Positions 1-13,165 of a stretch of DNA of 64,000 nt are shown in pieces. Position numbers and translations under genes: made by a program. This stretch comes from Octopus sinensis (lineage: Eukaryota): assembly GCF_006345805.1 (NCBI RefSeq), contig NC_043009.1, positions 15,128,001 through 15,192,000 of the forward strand, given 5' to 3'. The notes beneath the pieces were generated by a model. The model saw only the letters and a list, made by a program, of their open reading frames with translations, did no database searches and was not told the DNA's origin. Positions within the stretch are counted from its first letter, which is position 1. Each line of letters begins with the position of its first letter.

Positions 1-783
1 GTATTATTAATACAAAAAAGAAGTTAAAAAAATAACAATGAAATCCATGCATATCTAGTTTTAGGGGGTAAATTTCTATGACTAAGCTCTGATTTTTCTG
101 TTGGCAATGCATAGAAATAGCAGAAATGAATTGATTAAATTGACTAAGATTTAATGGATTTGTATCCTACTGCAATCGTTCGCTTATGGCACATATAATT
201 AGTAATCAAAAATGCATCATTGACACACGTTCTCGAGGTCTTACATAGAAGTGTGAATGTAAGAACTGCGTAATAATTAAATATAGCAGCATGAGAAAAC
301 CCATTTGTAATTATAAATACTAGCAGACCTCAGTTAGTTGTTCATGGATGATAACCGGAATACACACTTTTGGTTTTGTCTAAATTTATCATGAATTTTC
401 TTAATAATGCATTTTTGCTTTGTATGTCTTTTATTGCTGAACATTTTTTAATAAAAAATTTTATGCCAAGTATCGAATTGCGATCCCATTTCATGCAAAA
501 AGTTTATCCGCTTACGCGAAATAATTACAAGCTTTCTAATAATCAACATGCAATCACTACTCCCGAAAATACACATGCTTCACAACCACTGACAATGGAG
601 CGCCAGAACTGAAATATGCTCTATGCATAAATCTGATAAACCAGACATATTCACGATGTAGAACTTTAATACCAGACAGCTTTTGATAGTAAATCATAAA
701 TGAAATAATACTTCAGGCGTATTATTAATACAAAAAAGAAGTTAAAAAATAATAATGAAATCCATGCATATGTAGTTTTAGGA
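1..783 (+). repeat. Direct repeat of about 65 bp (1-65 and about 719-783), spacing about 718 bp
   Basis: gtattattaatacaaaaaagaagttaaaaaa..aatgaaatccatgcata.ntagttttagg occurs at both positions; the first copy may be cut by the window edge. Confidence 0.85.
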
Positions 784-1493
784 TGAGGCAATACGCAATG
801 CTCTGATGTAGGAGAATGTTCTACCTCATAAATACCAATATATAAAATCTTTAAAAGGTGATCCGTGTTCGCAATATTTTATTAGTCGTACAAAGCATAT
901 GAGAATCTTTATGCCTCCTATGACTCTAGAAAATATTCACCTGTAAAATAAACACCAAACACCTTCATTTGTTGTCATACTTTGAATAATTTGTAAGATC
1001 TGAGACAAATAACGTAAAAGAGCATCGATGTATATAACTTTTAATAACGCTGTCTATTTTATAAACTAGGAATATTAGAAGCCGTAGTCATAAATCGAAA
1101 TCACTAATAACATTTTAGAACTCTTTTTATACAAGTCCCAATCTATAATCATCAGTGTGTTCCAAGCAGACAAATTATTGCATTAGTAACAGAGAAAAAA
1201 AAACATTAATTACTTTTGCTATCTAAACGTCAAGGACATCTCGCAATGTATCACTCTTTGAAGATGAAAATGAATGAGAGATGTCAGAAGGGGATGGTGG
1301 TTATCAGGATGTTAAGAACTATGATCAAGAAGAAGGCTATGGAGTTTGTATATTTCAATTCCCGACTGTTATTAAATATAGCCTTTGTTAAAATCAGGAG
1401 CCCACAAAATGATTGAGTTGAATATTAGATTTTATTCTATACAAGTACTAAAACACACACACATATACATACCGTGTGTATGTAATTATATAC

Positions 1494-1830
1494 ACTAGCG
1501 GGGCCCGTAGATAATTCACGGAATTAATAGTACAGTAATCCCTCGATTATCGCAGGTGTAACGTTCCAACATAGCCCAGCCCACCCCGCGACAGGTGAAA
1601 ATCCGCGAAGTAGAAACAGTACTGTACTGTATATTTTCTTTAATTATATTCGTAATTTGTATATATATTTTTTATAAATGCAAGACAACACCACGAAGGA
1701 TTCGACGTAATCTTAAATAATAAACCCCGGTAGGTGAACCTCGATATGGCGAGGGATCACTGTACACCTACTGGGTTATTCCTGAAAACATTATTAAAAA
1801 AAACCGAAAACGTAGCCTGTGTTATGCCTC
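1494..1830 (-). mobile_element. Non-autonomous Helitron-like 3' end, interrupted by a MITE
   Basis: Minus strand reads ttCCGTgaattatctACGGgccccgCTAG|T, i.e. a subterminal hairpin followed by CTAG before a T, the Helitron 3' signature. The right boundary is uncertain. Confidence 0.45.
1533..1762. mobile_element. Tigger/pogo-like MITE (Tc1/mariner superfamily)
   Basis: TIRs CAGTAATCCCTCG...CGAGGGATCACTG, flanked by TA at 1531-1532 and 1763-1764; about 230 bp with no ORF. Confidence 0.85.
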
Positions 1831-2487
1831 TATCAAAAGAGAGTCACTCACCTATTAATCATTGAAAAGTGAAGGAAATTAGAACCCGTGGATTACTTAA
1901 TTCGCATTATATACACATATGCACTTCATTTATTTTATGCACAATGTTATAGACTTGATACACAGCACTCATAAATTAAATAGTTACTCTTATTTTTCCA
2001 TTTTTCCCATAGAGAGAAAACGTTACATTTTAAAATTTACTAGTCACAATTTCATATCTAGAAAACAAAAATTTCATCGTAAAATAATTATTTTATATGC
2101 AAAATATAGGGGTCGCAATATCACGGAGATAAAATCTTAATTCAACATGGCGTTCTCTGAAAACAACGTGGTTGGTAACTTATAAGCTAAGGCGATGGGT
2201 CAGAGCCAATAAACATTTCAATCCTATACTTCTTTGCGGACTCTGTTCTTCGTGTAAGTTCTCCCTCTTCTTTTCATTTGTTTGTCAGTATTGATAAATT
2301 TAACTTACACATCAGATGACTTGCGAACTTTTGAGAATGCAACATGTAGCTGACCATGGCCAAATACAAGTTCAGATAAGAACAACCCCAGTTCTATATA
2401 TAAGAGATGAGGAATTATTTGTCCTCATCGTGTTTGTTTCGGCTGATATGCCCTCCATCTGGGTTCTCATTCCTAATGGTGTTGTTG

Positions 2488-2532
<45 letters not shown>

Positions 2533-2533
<1 letters not shown>

Positions 2534-2598
2534 GGTCACTGCCTGGAATCGAACTCGGAATCTTGGGGTTAGTAGACATCGCTCTTAACCACTATGCC
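2533..2598 (-). promoter_or_regulatory. tRNA-like Pol III A/B-box module inside the PLE 3' region (copy 1)
   Basis: Reverse complement GGCATAGTGGTTAAGAGCG...ctACTaa...GAGTTCGATTCC contains A-box and B-box; not a clean cloverleaf. Confidence 0.7.
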
Positions 2599-3533
2599 CG
2601 TGGGCAATTATGGAGTGAATTTTAGGCCTTATAAATCTAATATTCTCCTATCCTTCCTTAATACCTCTTCCCATATGCTGTTCATATTTGCACTCGGTCT
2701 GCTTAGGAGGTTGTTGTGTCCTAGCATATGTGCTGCTTCTTTTAGTTTTCGTATTTTCCAGTGGTGTTCTCTGTCTATTATTGTAACTTCCTCCCACAGG
2801 GAGAGGTGGTCTCCATTTTTACATACATGATCAGTTATATCCGATTAATCAACATCTCCTTGCGTCACAGCTTTGCGATGTTCGTCTACCCTTATTTTGA
2901 AGGGGCGACATGTTTCGCCTTTGTATAACCTACGCACAGCTGCACGGGATTGAATACACGCAGTCTTTGGTCATATTCTCTTGTATTGGTGGTTTTACTC
3001 GAAGGAGATATTTGCGAAGTATTGTATTACTCTTTCTACCGCCCTGATGTCATATGGACCGCGTATCGTTTGTATCTTTTCCGAGAGGCTTTTCACATAG
3101 GGTAGATAGACTGTGGTCAGTTTATAGGTATCATCTTCTCTCCTCTTCCTAATTGGAGTGGATAGTATGTTTTTAGGGTAGTTGTTACTTAATAGATTAT
3201 TTCTTAGCTTGATCATTTCTTCGTGGTGTATATCAGGATCTCTACTTATAATTTTGCTCGATGTTTTAGGCACTGAGCAATCCCACTCTTTACACTGTAT
3301 GACGTGTACAGAGTGGGATTGCTCAGTGCCTAAAACATCGAGCAAAGAATATAAGTAGCGATCGTGATACACACCACGAAGAAATGATCAAGCTAAGAAA
3401 TAATTTATTAAGTAACAACTACCCAAAAAACATACTCACCACTCCAATTATGGAGAAAAGAGAGGATGAAACCGATAACCTGTCCACAGTCTGTCTACCC
3501 TATGGGAAAAGCCTCCCTAAAAAGATACACTAT

Positions 3534-3772
<239 letters not shown>

Positions 3773-3821
3773 TATCGAAAAGTACCTTAGCAATGAGAAC
3801 CCAGATTCGAAATTTCCCCAA

Positions 3822-3867
3822 GATACCCGATGAAGGCTGTAGAGTATATCAGCCGAAACGTAGTATT
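3822..3867 (+). ncRNA. Type I minimal hammerhead ribozyme motif, family A (U4C variant)
   Basis: GATAC-CCGATGA-a-GGCTG tagagtatat CAGCC-GAAA-CGTA-GTATT: 5-bp helix I, 5-bp helix II, loopless AC/GT helix III, GUA triplet. Confidence 0.7.
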
Positions 3868-5196
3868 AACAACGAACAAGATGAGGACAAATATCCGTCA
3901 ATTGTAAACAACGTAAATAAAGGACAACCCCATTTTATCAAATGCCTGCTCTTCTGATTTACTGATTGTCATTGTATATGACAGGCGAAAGGGTAACTAG
4001 TTTCTTTCTAGTGTGGAGGACAAGTTTGGAATGCGCTTGCGTTAAGTGATAGGGAATATAAGAAATTCAGTTCAATTTTTTAAAATATTACTTTTCACTC
4101 TACTCTCACCAACGTCACTTCCACCATGAACTATATGAAACATTCAACATTTTCCAGGGGGAAAAGACTTAATATTTAGAGAAGCTATATTATCATCTTG
4201 AAAATGATTTAATATAAAATCTTCCTGTAATAAGCAGTAAATTGCAAATCATCAAAATGGTGGTACATTTAACCGTTTGTGTAGTAAATATTTATAGAAA
4301 AATGTGTAAAAGTAAAGTATTTTGCATATCATTATTGAGTATGTAACCTGTAGTTTACGCTATTATCCAGTATGCAAACAGAAATTCTATACTGGCAATA
4401 TACTTGTTAATAATCCAGTAGTTTACGAAACTGCTGTATGAAAATTGCGAAATTATCGTTCTTATTTCTTGCTTTCTTTGTGGGTGTAAGAATTTAAAAT
4501 GTTCTATTTGAAACTAAAAGTCGGAGTGGGAGTACAGATTATTAGATGATTTATATACGCAACGTTCAGTTTGATAACTACGTGTGAATTGAAAGTGAGT
4601 TATAATTTTAGAAAAGAATGTTTGTTTTTTTAGGTAAAATGCTATAAAAATTCTAGCATAATGTACCACAACAGAGATGGATAGCTTAATGAATCGAAGA
4701 GAAGAACAAACCTATGAATCTTAGTTACGAATTAAGGATGATAAGGGGATGTGATTACAACTACTGCAGCACTTTTATTTTACGTACTTGCTTACCATAT
4801 CGTAGAAATACAAAAGATATTCAAAATTTAAATCATTAGAGTTAAAGAACAAGTACAAATAAGCGGCAGTTGAAACGTATTATTCCAGTTTTGTATGTTG
4901 TGAAGTAATTATGATTCAAATGTTTGGAAGAAAAAATAATGAAATATTTATGAGAGCACAGAAAATATGATTAAAGTTTAGTCAGGCGGTACAAAAGAGA
5001 GGGAGAGAGAAGAATGGCAAAAAAGTCATTAGTATGAGTCACTGACCGAACGGACTGCGAGAACTGTGGTTAAAGGTGTGGAATGACGTCAATGGCAGCG
5101 AACAAATGACATTGTAAACAGCGCGCGGGACGGATGTTGGCTAAAATATGATACTCATATAAACAGAATTAACGTACAATTCACACACCTCCTTAT

Positions 5197-5575
5197 TCTA
5201 GAAACTAAAAATACAAGATGTTGTAGGACTTTAGCGTTCAGACTGACAGTGTAATAGAAGCTAGAGGTCAGGATCTAGTAGGAGTAGATAAAAAGAATAG
5301 AGAGTGCCAAATGATGAAAAAAAACCATGAGAGGTATCGAAAATATAGCAAAGTTCTAGGACTTGCTATTGAATTACAGAGATTGTGATGTAAAATATAT
5401 CCCATAAGATATAGGTGCGTTGGGAAGTATAATTAAACATCTGAACAGACGGATAAAGGAAATATGTATAACACCCAATGTAGTACAGCTCCAGAAAACA
5501 GTGTTATTAGGGACAGCTACGATACTTAGGAGGATTCTTGGCATCTGAGGTTACTTGTTGTAGCCCGATGTTAGG
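5197..5575 (+). mobile_element. R4/Dong-like LINE 3' end (restriction-like endonuclease domain), degraded
   Basis: YKML*DFSVQTDSVIEARGQDLVGVDKKNREC...DLAIELQRL...IGALGSI...QLQKTVLLGTATILRRILGI*. Confidence 0.75.
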
Positions 5576-5636
5576 AGTTTTTTTTTTCTTTTCCATCAGT
5601 CTAATCTGTTGTATACATATGAAAGTTATAATAATA

Positions 5637-5760
5637 ATGGTTTCAAATATTCGCACATCAATTTCGAGGAAGTGTGCAAGTCGTCGCATTTATCCCAGTG
5701 CTGGAATGGAATTTGCTCCTCTCGACACCGAATCGATGAAAGGCAAAATCAACCACCACC
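5637..5760 (-). mobile_element. Truncated Meta-domain SINE fragment
   Basis: cgacaccgaatcgatgaaaggcaaaatcaacc is the reverse complement of the GCCTTTCATC..TCGG..TCG core seen in the full copy at 44973. Confidence 0.5.
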
Positions 5761-6525
5761 ATCATTATAATTTTCAGTTGCAAAGTTGTGTGTAAGTTGT
5801 TTGCCAGCGAATATTAATTTAATTTTATTTCAGTTCCGTTCAAGTATATATCCACTTCTCGTGCTGTCGATGTACCTATTTACTAAGACAAAACAAAGTG
5901 TGTATAACAAATAAAAAAAAACAAATGCTAATACCCACGGCCGTTTTAAGCTATTACTTGTGTAGAATAAATCTATCTTTTTACCTACAAGTTTATTATT
6001 ATATCAGACATAAATCTTCTTTCCAGTTTTGACTCATTGATATATGTGTTTTTCAATCTGGATAGATAAATAAATTACTCGACATGTATGAGATATAACA
6101 AACTAAATATTAGAATGTTTTTCTTATCAATCACAATATATACTGTGCTAAAAATCTATATTTCTCTCTCTCTCTCTTTCTCTAAAACTGAAACAAACTT
6201 TTTAACCATGTATTTTCCCTCTCCACGTCATTAACATGTCTCTCTTTCTCTTTTACATTATCTCTTACGTACACTAACCACGTGGGAGCATAATGCATCG
6301 GCTAGCATAGCGTCACTACTCTCCCTTTAAATACTTCTGACGCTTAATATTACTGCCACCCCCCACTCTCACTCTATCTGCATTTCTTTAATCTCACCGT
6401 CAGAAAATCACACCCTGGTAATTATCGTACTTCTAACTTTCCTTTTCTATATCTCGGTCTTCAACTAAAAACGTGATAACAAGACGCATCTAGCATTCGG
6501 TATTAATATTTTTTTATTCTGTTAT

Positions 6526-6685
6526 TCTTTGAATTATTTCAGTCATTTCCCTGTGGCCATACCGGAACACCGACTTTTTAAGATCATAGTCGAACAAATC
6601 GACTCCAGGACTTATTTTCCAAGACTTGTCCTTATTCTATCAGTCTGTTTTGCTGAACCGCTAGATTACGGGGACGTAAACGTAC
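6526..6685 (-). mobile_element. 3' fragment of the CORE-like SINE family seen at 26820
   Basis: tttcagtcattt..ctgtggccat...tttgctgaaccgctagattacggggacgtaaac matches the reverse complement of about 27055-27180. Confidence 0.7.
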
Positions 6686-6756
6686 GATAAAGAGGAAAAA
6701 AGTTCTTTTTATATTTCACGTCAGGTGATTACGGTTTCCGGGTAAGCGCATGAAAA

Positions 6757-7273
6757 TACAAGAGTTAAGATATGGAGTAAATAATATTCGGGCTACATAA
6801 GTTTCATAGCGAGCGGAACCTCAGAAGTGGTTAATATCCCAGCAAGGTGTATACCGCAGTCTACTGTTCAGTCCAAGGATATCTTTACTAAATGAAAGTT
6901 TACATTGTCGCAAGGTATATGTTAAGACATGGAAGACTCACTGAGAATGTGTAGAGAACACAGTAGGATTGCAGAATATAAATGTAGAGAGAGTTAAAAG
7001 AAGGAAAACATAAAAGACCACAAGGGAGTGAGAAGAATGAGGGATTTAAGCAAAGTCATTTGACTGGTAGTATTCAATACATTATCAGTGAATCTACCAT
7101 GTGTCAACATGTGTCACCTTGCGACTATGTAAACTTTCATTTAATCAAGATATCTTTCACCTGAATTGTAGCCTGGGTATACACCTGGCTTCGATATTTA
7201 CCACTTCCGATGTTCCACACGCTATGAAACATATGTAGACTGGATTTTATCTACTCCAGCCTTAATTCTTGTA
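6757..7273. mobile_element. Foldback element/MITE with inverted arms of about 210 bp
   Basis: 6757-6965 aligns with the reverse complement of 7062-7273 (e.g. gtttcatagcg, ggtgtatacc, aaatgaaagtttaca.gtcgcaaggt); about 100-bp spacer; TA at both ends. Confidence 0.85.
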
Positions 7274-7784
7274 CATATGTATGTGTGTATGTGCATGTCT
7301 GGACGTGTGTATGTGTGCGTGTTTGTGTAAGTATATATTTATATACGCGTGTGTGTGTACGTATATGCGCCCGCAATGTGTTAGTATATATGTTTTTGTA
7401 TGTGTGCATGTGTGTGTTATTGTGTATGCATATATTTGAAAATAGGAATTAGCTTAGAATCCTTCACACTTGCTTGATTTTAAAAATTATTGTAAAACGA
7501 ATGAAAGTGGATCCGAAACAAGGAAACTCAACACAGAACTGTACGTACTCTTCTTTCAGTTCTGTTGCAGTGCAGGAACATGGAACATTTGATATGCCAT
7601 GTAAATATATTTTCGGTAATGATTCAGGAGCCGCATCTCTTATTCCATCATTTTACAATTCTACTCGTGTAGAGTAGGATTATCTTCTATTTTGAATAGA
7701 ATTTTTTTATATATCTGTATGATCGTAATTTAGATACATACGAGGAAACACGCACACTCACCCCACCGCGCGAACATATGCAAC

Positions 7785-7855
7785 ACTATATATATACATC
7801 ATACATACATATATATCTATATATATAAAGAATTTATAAAGATGTAAGTTATATA

Positions 7856-7896
<41 letters not shown>

Positions 7897-8177
7897 TGTA
7901 TATATATGTAGTATATGTATATATATACATATGTATATATATATGTATATATATATGTATATATATATCTATATATATATGTATATATGTACATGTATAT
8001 ATATGTTATGTATATATACATATGTATGTATATACATATATCTGTATATATGTATAGTGTATTATATATATATAATATATACATATACATATATATAACA
8101 TATATATATATACATTATATATATATAGATTTAATATATGTATATATATATATGGATATATATATGTATATATATAT
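7785..8177. repeat. Degenerate (TA)n/(TATG)n microsatellite
   Basis: Direct inspection. Confidence 0.95.
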
Positions 8178-8469
8178 CCCTATGCGGATGCTGTATGTAG
8201 GACAGACGGGACACCGGTTGTGCCGACCGTTTCACTGAGCACTTGAGGGACGTTCGCCTACACTCTCTTTCTCCCGTCGCACGACAATCCGCTCGGCCGG
8301 CCATTCCCTAGATGACATCTCAGTGTTTGGTCTCGCCCCCCACCATGGTCGCCCACTTTCCAGGCTCCACTTGGAGCAACGCTACATCTTCACCCTACAA
8401 ACTACCACCCCACACGGACTTAACACAGCCCCCTCCTCTTGAGAACCGTTTTTTTTTTTTTTTTTTTGA

Positions 8470-11170
8470 CACACCACACACACCCACCCAACCACCTACC
8501 TCCCAACACGCACACACCCACCAACTACATCCCACACACCCACCCACCTACCTCCCACACGCCTGTTCACACACACACATACGTAGACCCATCTACGTAC
8601 TACATTCACACATTTAATCACACACACTACAGACATACTAGCACACACTAACATACAAACCAACATGCACATACACACACACATACATACATACGCACAC
8701 ACATACATACTTACACACACAACACCAGACATACATACACACATACACACACATACATACGCACATACATACACACACACACACTCACACACACACACCG
8801 CACGTACATACTTCACACCACACACATGCAAACATACATGTAGGCACATACATACATACATACCCACACATGCCACCCTTACACTGAATGCACACACACA
8901 TACACCTTTTTGCATCTAGGCAGCCCCCCCTCTTTTCTGCTTTCGGTTTTGGCCGATGGATCCTCGGTTCCCGCGTAGCGGGGCGTTCGAGGGCCTTTGC
9001 GCTCGCGCGCCTTGGCGCGCGCTGGGGGCTGGTCGGCCCCTTGGGCTTGCGTTGTACTGCTTGTGCGTTGTATGCGTGAGGCGCGCTTTGTGTGTGTGGG
9101 CTTGCTTCGGATGTGCGCGTGCGTATGTATGCATACATACCCACACACTCGCATGCATCCCTACCCCATATATACACGCACACCTACTCACACACACACA
9201 TACCCACACCACATACCTGCCACACAACATACATACATACACATACATACCTACTTCAGACATACACACACACAGACATACACCCATACACTCACACTCA
9301 CACGCATACACACACACACATACACACGCACACGTACACACACACACACACACACACCTACATACATACATTACACTTGTTATACACACACACTTACATT
9401 CATACACACACACCTACACAGCCATACCCTCACTCAGACACACACATCTACCTACACACACACACAAACCACACGGACACACACCCATACATACATACAT
9501 CTACACACACAAGCCTACACACATACATACATACATACATAAACACACACACATACACATATACACACATACGCACACACACATATACTTATACACATGC
9601 ACCACACCATATACATACACACACAATACCCACATACTCCTATACGCACATACATACACACAGACATACACACATACACACTCACACAAACATACACACA
9701 CACATACTTACACACACACTCACCTGCACGCGCACACACATGCATGACAAACACCCATACACTCACACTCACATACGCACACACCAACATAAACACGCAC
9801 ACGCACACACACACCTACACTCCCACACAATACACACGCACCTACTACACACACGCACGCATACACACGCATACACACATACATTACACACGTACACACA
9901 CACCTACATACACATGCATACACACACACACACAAACATGCACGGACACACCCAGACATACACACATACACCTATATACACACGCCCACACACCTACATA
10001 CACACACATATACACACGCCCACACACCTACATACACACACATACATACACACACATACACGGACACACCATACATACTTACATACATACACCTATACAC
10101 ACACGCCTACACACCTACATACACACACATGCATACACACACACACACATGTAACACATACACACACATATACGCACATACATATATACCCACACACATG
10201 CACACACACACACATACGCACATGCATGCATGCATGCACACGCGCACACCTACACGCATACACACACACACGCACGTACACATACATACATACACACACG
10301 CATACATACACCCATACACATACATGCATCCTACACACACACAACATACACACTCACACATACATACACACACACACTCACTCACACACCTGTATGTACG
10401 CGCACACACATGCACATACACACACTCCCCACACCCACACGTACATACATACACACTCTCACACACATACACACACACACACACACGGACATACATCTAT
10501 GCACACACATACATACACACATACTCACATACATTCATCGGACACACTGCCACCCATACATACACACAGACACACTCACACATCCACACAAATACATACT
10601 TACGCGCATACTCGCAGGCGCGCGCACACACGCGCTTGCGCCGGTTCGCGCACGCATACGCGCCGCTTGCACCTCGCTCTTGGACCCGACGAGACCTCCC
10701 GCCCGTTCCTGGGACCGTCGCGTGTCGTTGGGTTTTCCCACGCCCGTCTCCGCGGGACCACTCTTCCATCTTCCCCTCAGCTGGAGTCCTTTTTCCTTAA
10801 CCCCCCCCTTTTTCGTTACACACACGCGCACACATATACACACATTGCCTATATATATACATTACTCTTACACACATTCAATCTACTCGCCATTAATACC
10901 ACCACGACACTGGACACACACACACACTACTACTCAACACACGCTGGCACGCTACATACGCCCCCACCCCTTCCCCTCCCTCCCTTCCTCATTCCTTCTT
11001 TTTCTTACTACTGACCTTGTCTGCTAGCTGACCACTTGTCTCGCCCTACCTCACACGCCTACACACAGACGCACACACTAACACACACATATATTTTTTT
11101 GTTTTTTCATCTCGCCTCACACACACACATACACACACGCACACGCACACACTCACACATACACACACAT
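8470..11170 (+). repeat. Degenerate CA/CATA-rich low-complexity tract with two GC-rich islands
   Basis: Source of the His/Thr-rich pseudo-ORFs such as 9092-11014; islands at about 8915-9130 and 10600-10815. Confidence 0.9.
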
Positions 11171-11342
11171 CTGTTGCGTTACCAACCTTGTCTCCACTCT
11201 TTTGCCTTTAAAAACCCACTTTGCTCTTGTTATCGTCAACATCCGCCTTTCACCATGTGCAACTCGTAAACACCAGTCGTCTTTTTTCTCTTTCCCTGTT
11301 GCCCGCTCTGGGATCTTTCTTTCCTCTCTCTTCCTTCTTTAT

Positions 11343-11377
11343 GTTTCCGACGAAGAGCTCCGCTCGAAACGTCATAC
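11343..11377 (+). ncRNA. Minimal hammerhead motif, family B (U4C variant)
   Basis: GTTT-CCGACGA-a-GAGC tcc GCTC-GAAA-CGTC-ATAC; helix I has one mismatch. Confidence 0.6.
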
Positions 11378-11466
11378 CTCCCTGCTTCCATTTCCTGAGT
11401 GCCTATTAATAATAATACTGTAATTGTTCCTGTTGTTGTTGTTTTTTTTGTTTCCCGTTTGGATTA

Positions 11467-11515
<49 letters not shown>

Positions 11516-11516
11516 G

Positions 11517-11552
<36 letters not shown>

Positions 11553-13106
11553 ATATTATATATATATATATATATATGCAAAGATGTACCTACGGTGAAA
11601 TATAGGTCGACACTAATGATGAACAGAATGCCGAACAATGCATTTTGATAGTTTAAATATTTTAATTTCCACCTAATTTCACTTTGCTTTTCATGTTTAA
11701 GTTCTTTATATAATCTACTGTTTCTCTCTCGAAATATAAAATATCATTATTGAGTTAAACTCATCGTCTTATAAAGGTTGCTGATTTGAAAATCACTTAA
11801 TACGCTTCAGTAAACTACTATATTTATTTCATATTTATAACGCAAATTTTATCAACTACTGAAACTGATACACCGAATATTTAGCACGTCAGATGGTAGC
11901 GATAATATGGGAGCCTCTGGAACTGCTAAAGAGAAAAAGAATGATCTACAAGCAGGACTTTTATGTTAGGATTTCTTTGAGAGAATTGATTAGATAAAGC
12001 ATTTATTAGGCTGCTGTTAGTGTTACACTAATTGAGGAATTGTTTAACAATTCCTATTTAACGTTCTGTCAACAAAATCTCCCAAGTATTTTGGTGAAAC
12101 GGAAGCCATGCTGAACAACATTTCCCCAATGTAACGTGCGGAAGGATAAATCCAAATGTACTTTATTTCCGAAGCATATATTTTAAACACAAAATCACTG
12201 CTAAACTTTACAAAACCCGAACATTTATTTTGTATGCAAATAATGGTAAACCATTAAAACTATGTTTCATTAGTATATTTACACACTTTCGGGAATGAAT
12301 GCGTGCTTATACAAAATATACTTCACACAATTCTAAACAATTTTACACAATCTTTTAATCTAGAAATCATAGATGTGCAACAGAAACATATTTCATTTCA
12401 CCATTTCATCTAGTTTCAGCTCACGAGCTGTAGTCATGCTGGGGCACCGCCATGTGTTATAAATAACTTGAGACAGTTGCGATTATTATGGCAGATGTGT
12501 CAAAACAGATGAATACTGTATAGTGATGTACAAATACGTGCAACAACCCAATTGTTGAGCGGCCGGTTGAAATGCGTTGCCTCTGAGAAACAATTTACGC
12601 ATTTAATTGCATTTCTATTGTTAAAGTTGCTGAAGTACTCTGCTATTTGACTTGATATTTTTGTTAATGATTATAATATAGCCAGTCCGTAAATTAAACG
12701 GGAAGATAGTGCCTGGTTTCTATTCATTATTTCTCCCGCTTATCTATTTCCTTTATAAGAGCCTATAGTAGGCAATTCGACTTTAGAGTAATATAAGTAC
12801 ATATTGTATATTTGTGTGTAACACACAAACGCAAAGACACACGCACAAACACAAATACAAACATACTTGTGTGATAAATTGTTTTATATCTCGTTTTTGG
12901 ATTTGGCTTGCAAGATTCTTTATGTGTTGTGTCTGGGGAGAGATATTTTCTTTTGTGCCTTTTGTTTTATATCCCTCTTAGTTAACCTTCAAGGGAAAAT
13001 TATGTGTTGGAAAAGGTGGATACATATAAGTAAAAAGATACAATCATACGTACCTACAGGTATACATACGTATGCAGATATTTATGTATGCATTTATGTA
13101 TGTGTG

Positions 13107-13165
<59 letters not shown>

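Larger units (their letters stand above)
8178..11465 (+). mobile_element. 5'-truncated Neptune-like PLE: GIY-YIG end, about 2.8-kb CA-rich 3' region, pLTR-like end with hammerhead
   Basis: 8178-8442 reads [48 protein letters not shown]...RLHLEQRYIFTLQTTTPHGLNTAPSS* with two frameshifts. 11265-11465 is homologous to 58417-58628 and 60818-61020. (TA)n lies on both sides. Treating the whole span as one element is an inference. Confidence 0.7.

Noticed and set aside
66-1420. Possible eroded DNA-transposase remnant (SRGLT*KCECKNC motif)
   Set aside because: Too degraded to assign by eye; needs a translated HMM search.
5030-5095. AP-1 (TGAGTCA) and CRE (TGACGTCA) motifs close together
   Set aside because: Short motifs expected by chance, with no linked gene or transcription start.
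9092-11014. 640-aa His/Thr-rich ORF and many overlapping His/Thr, Tyr/Ile and Val/Cys ORFs across the window
   Set aside because: They are translations of CA, TA and TG microsatellites, which lack stop codons in several frames; no domain content.
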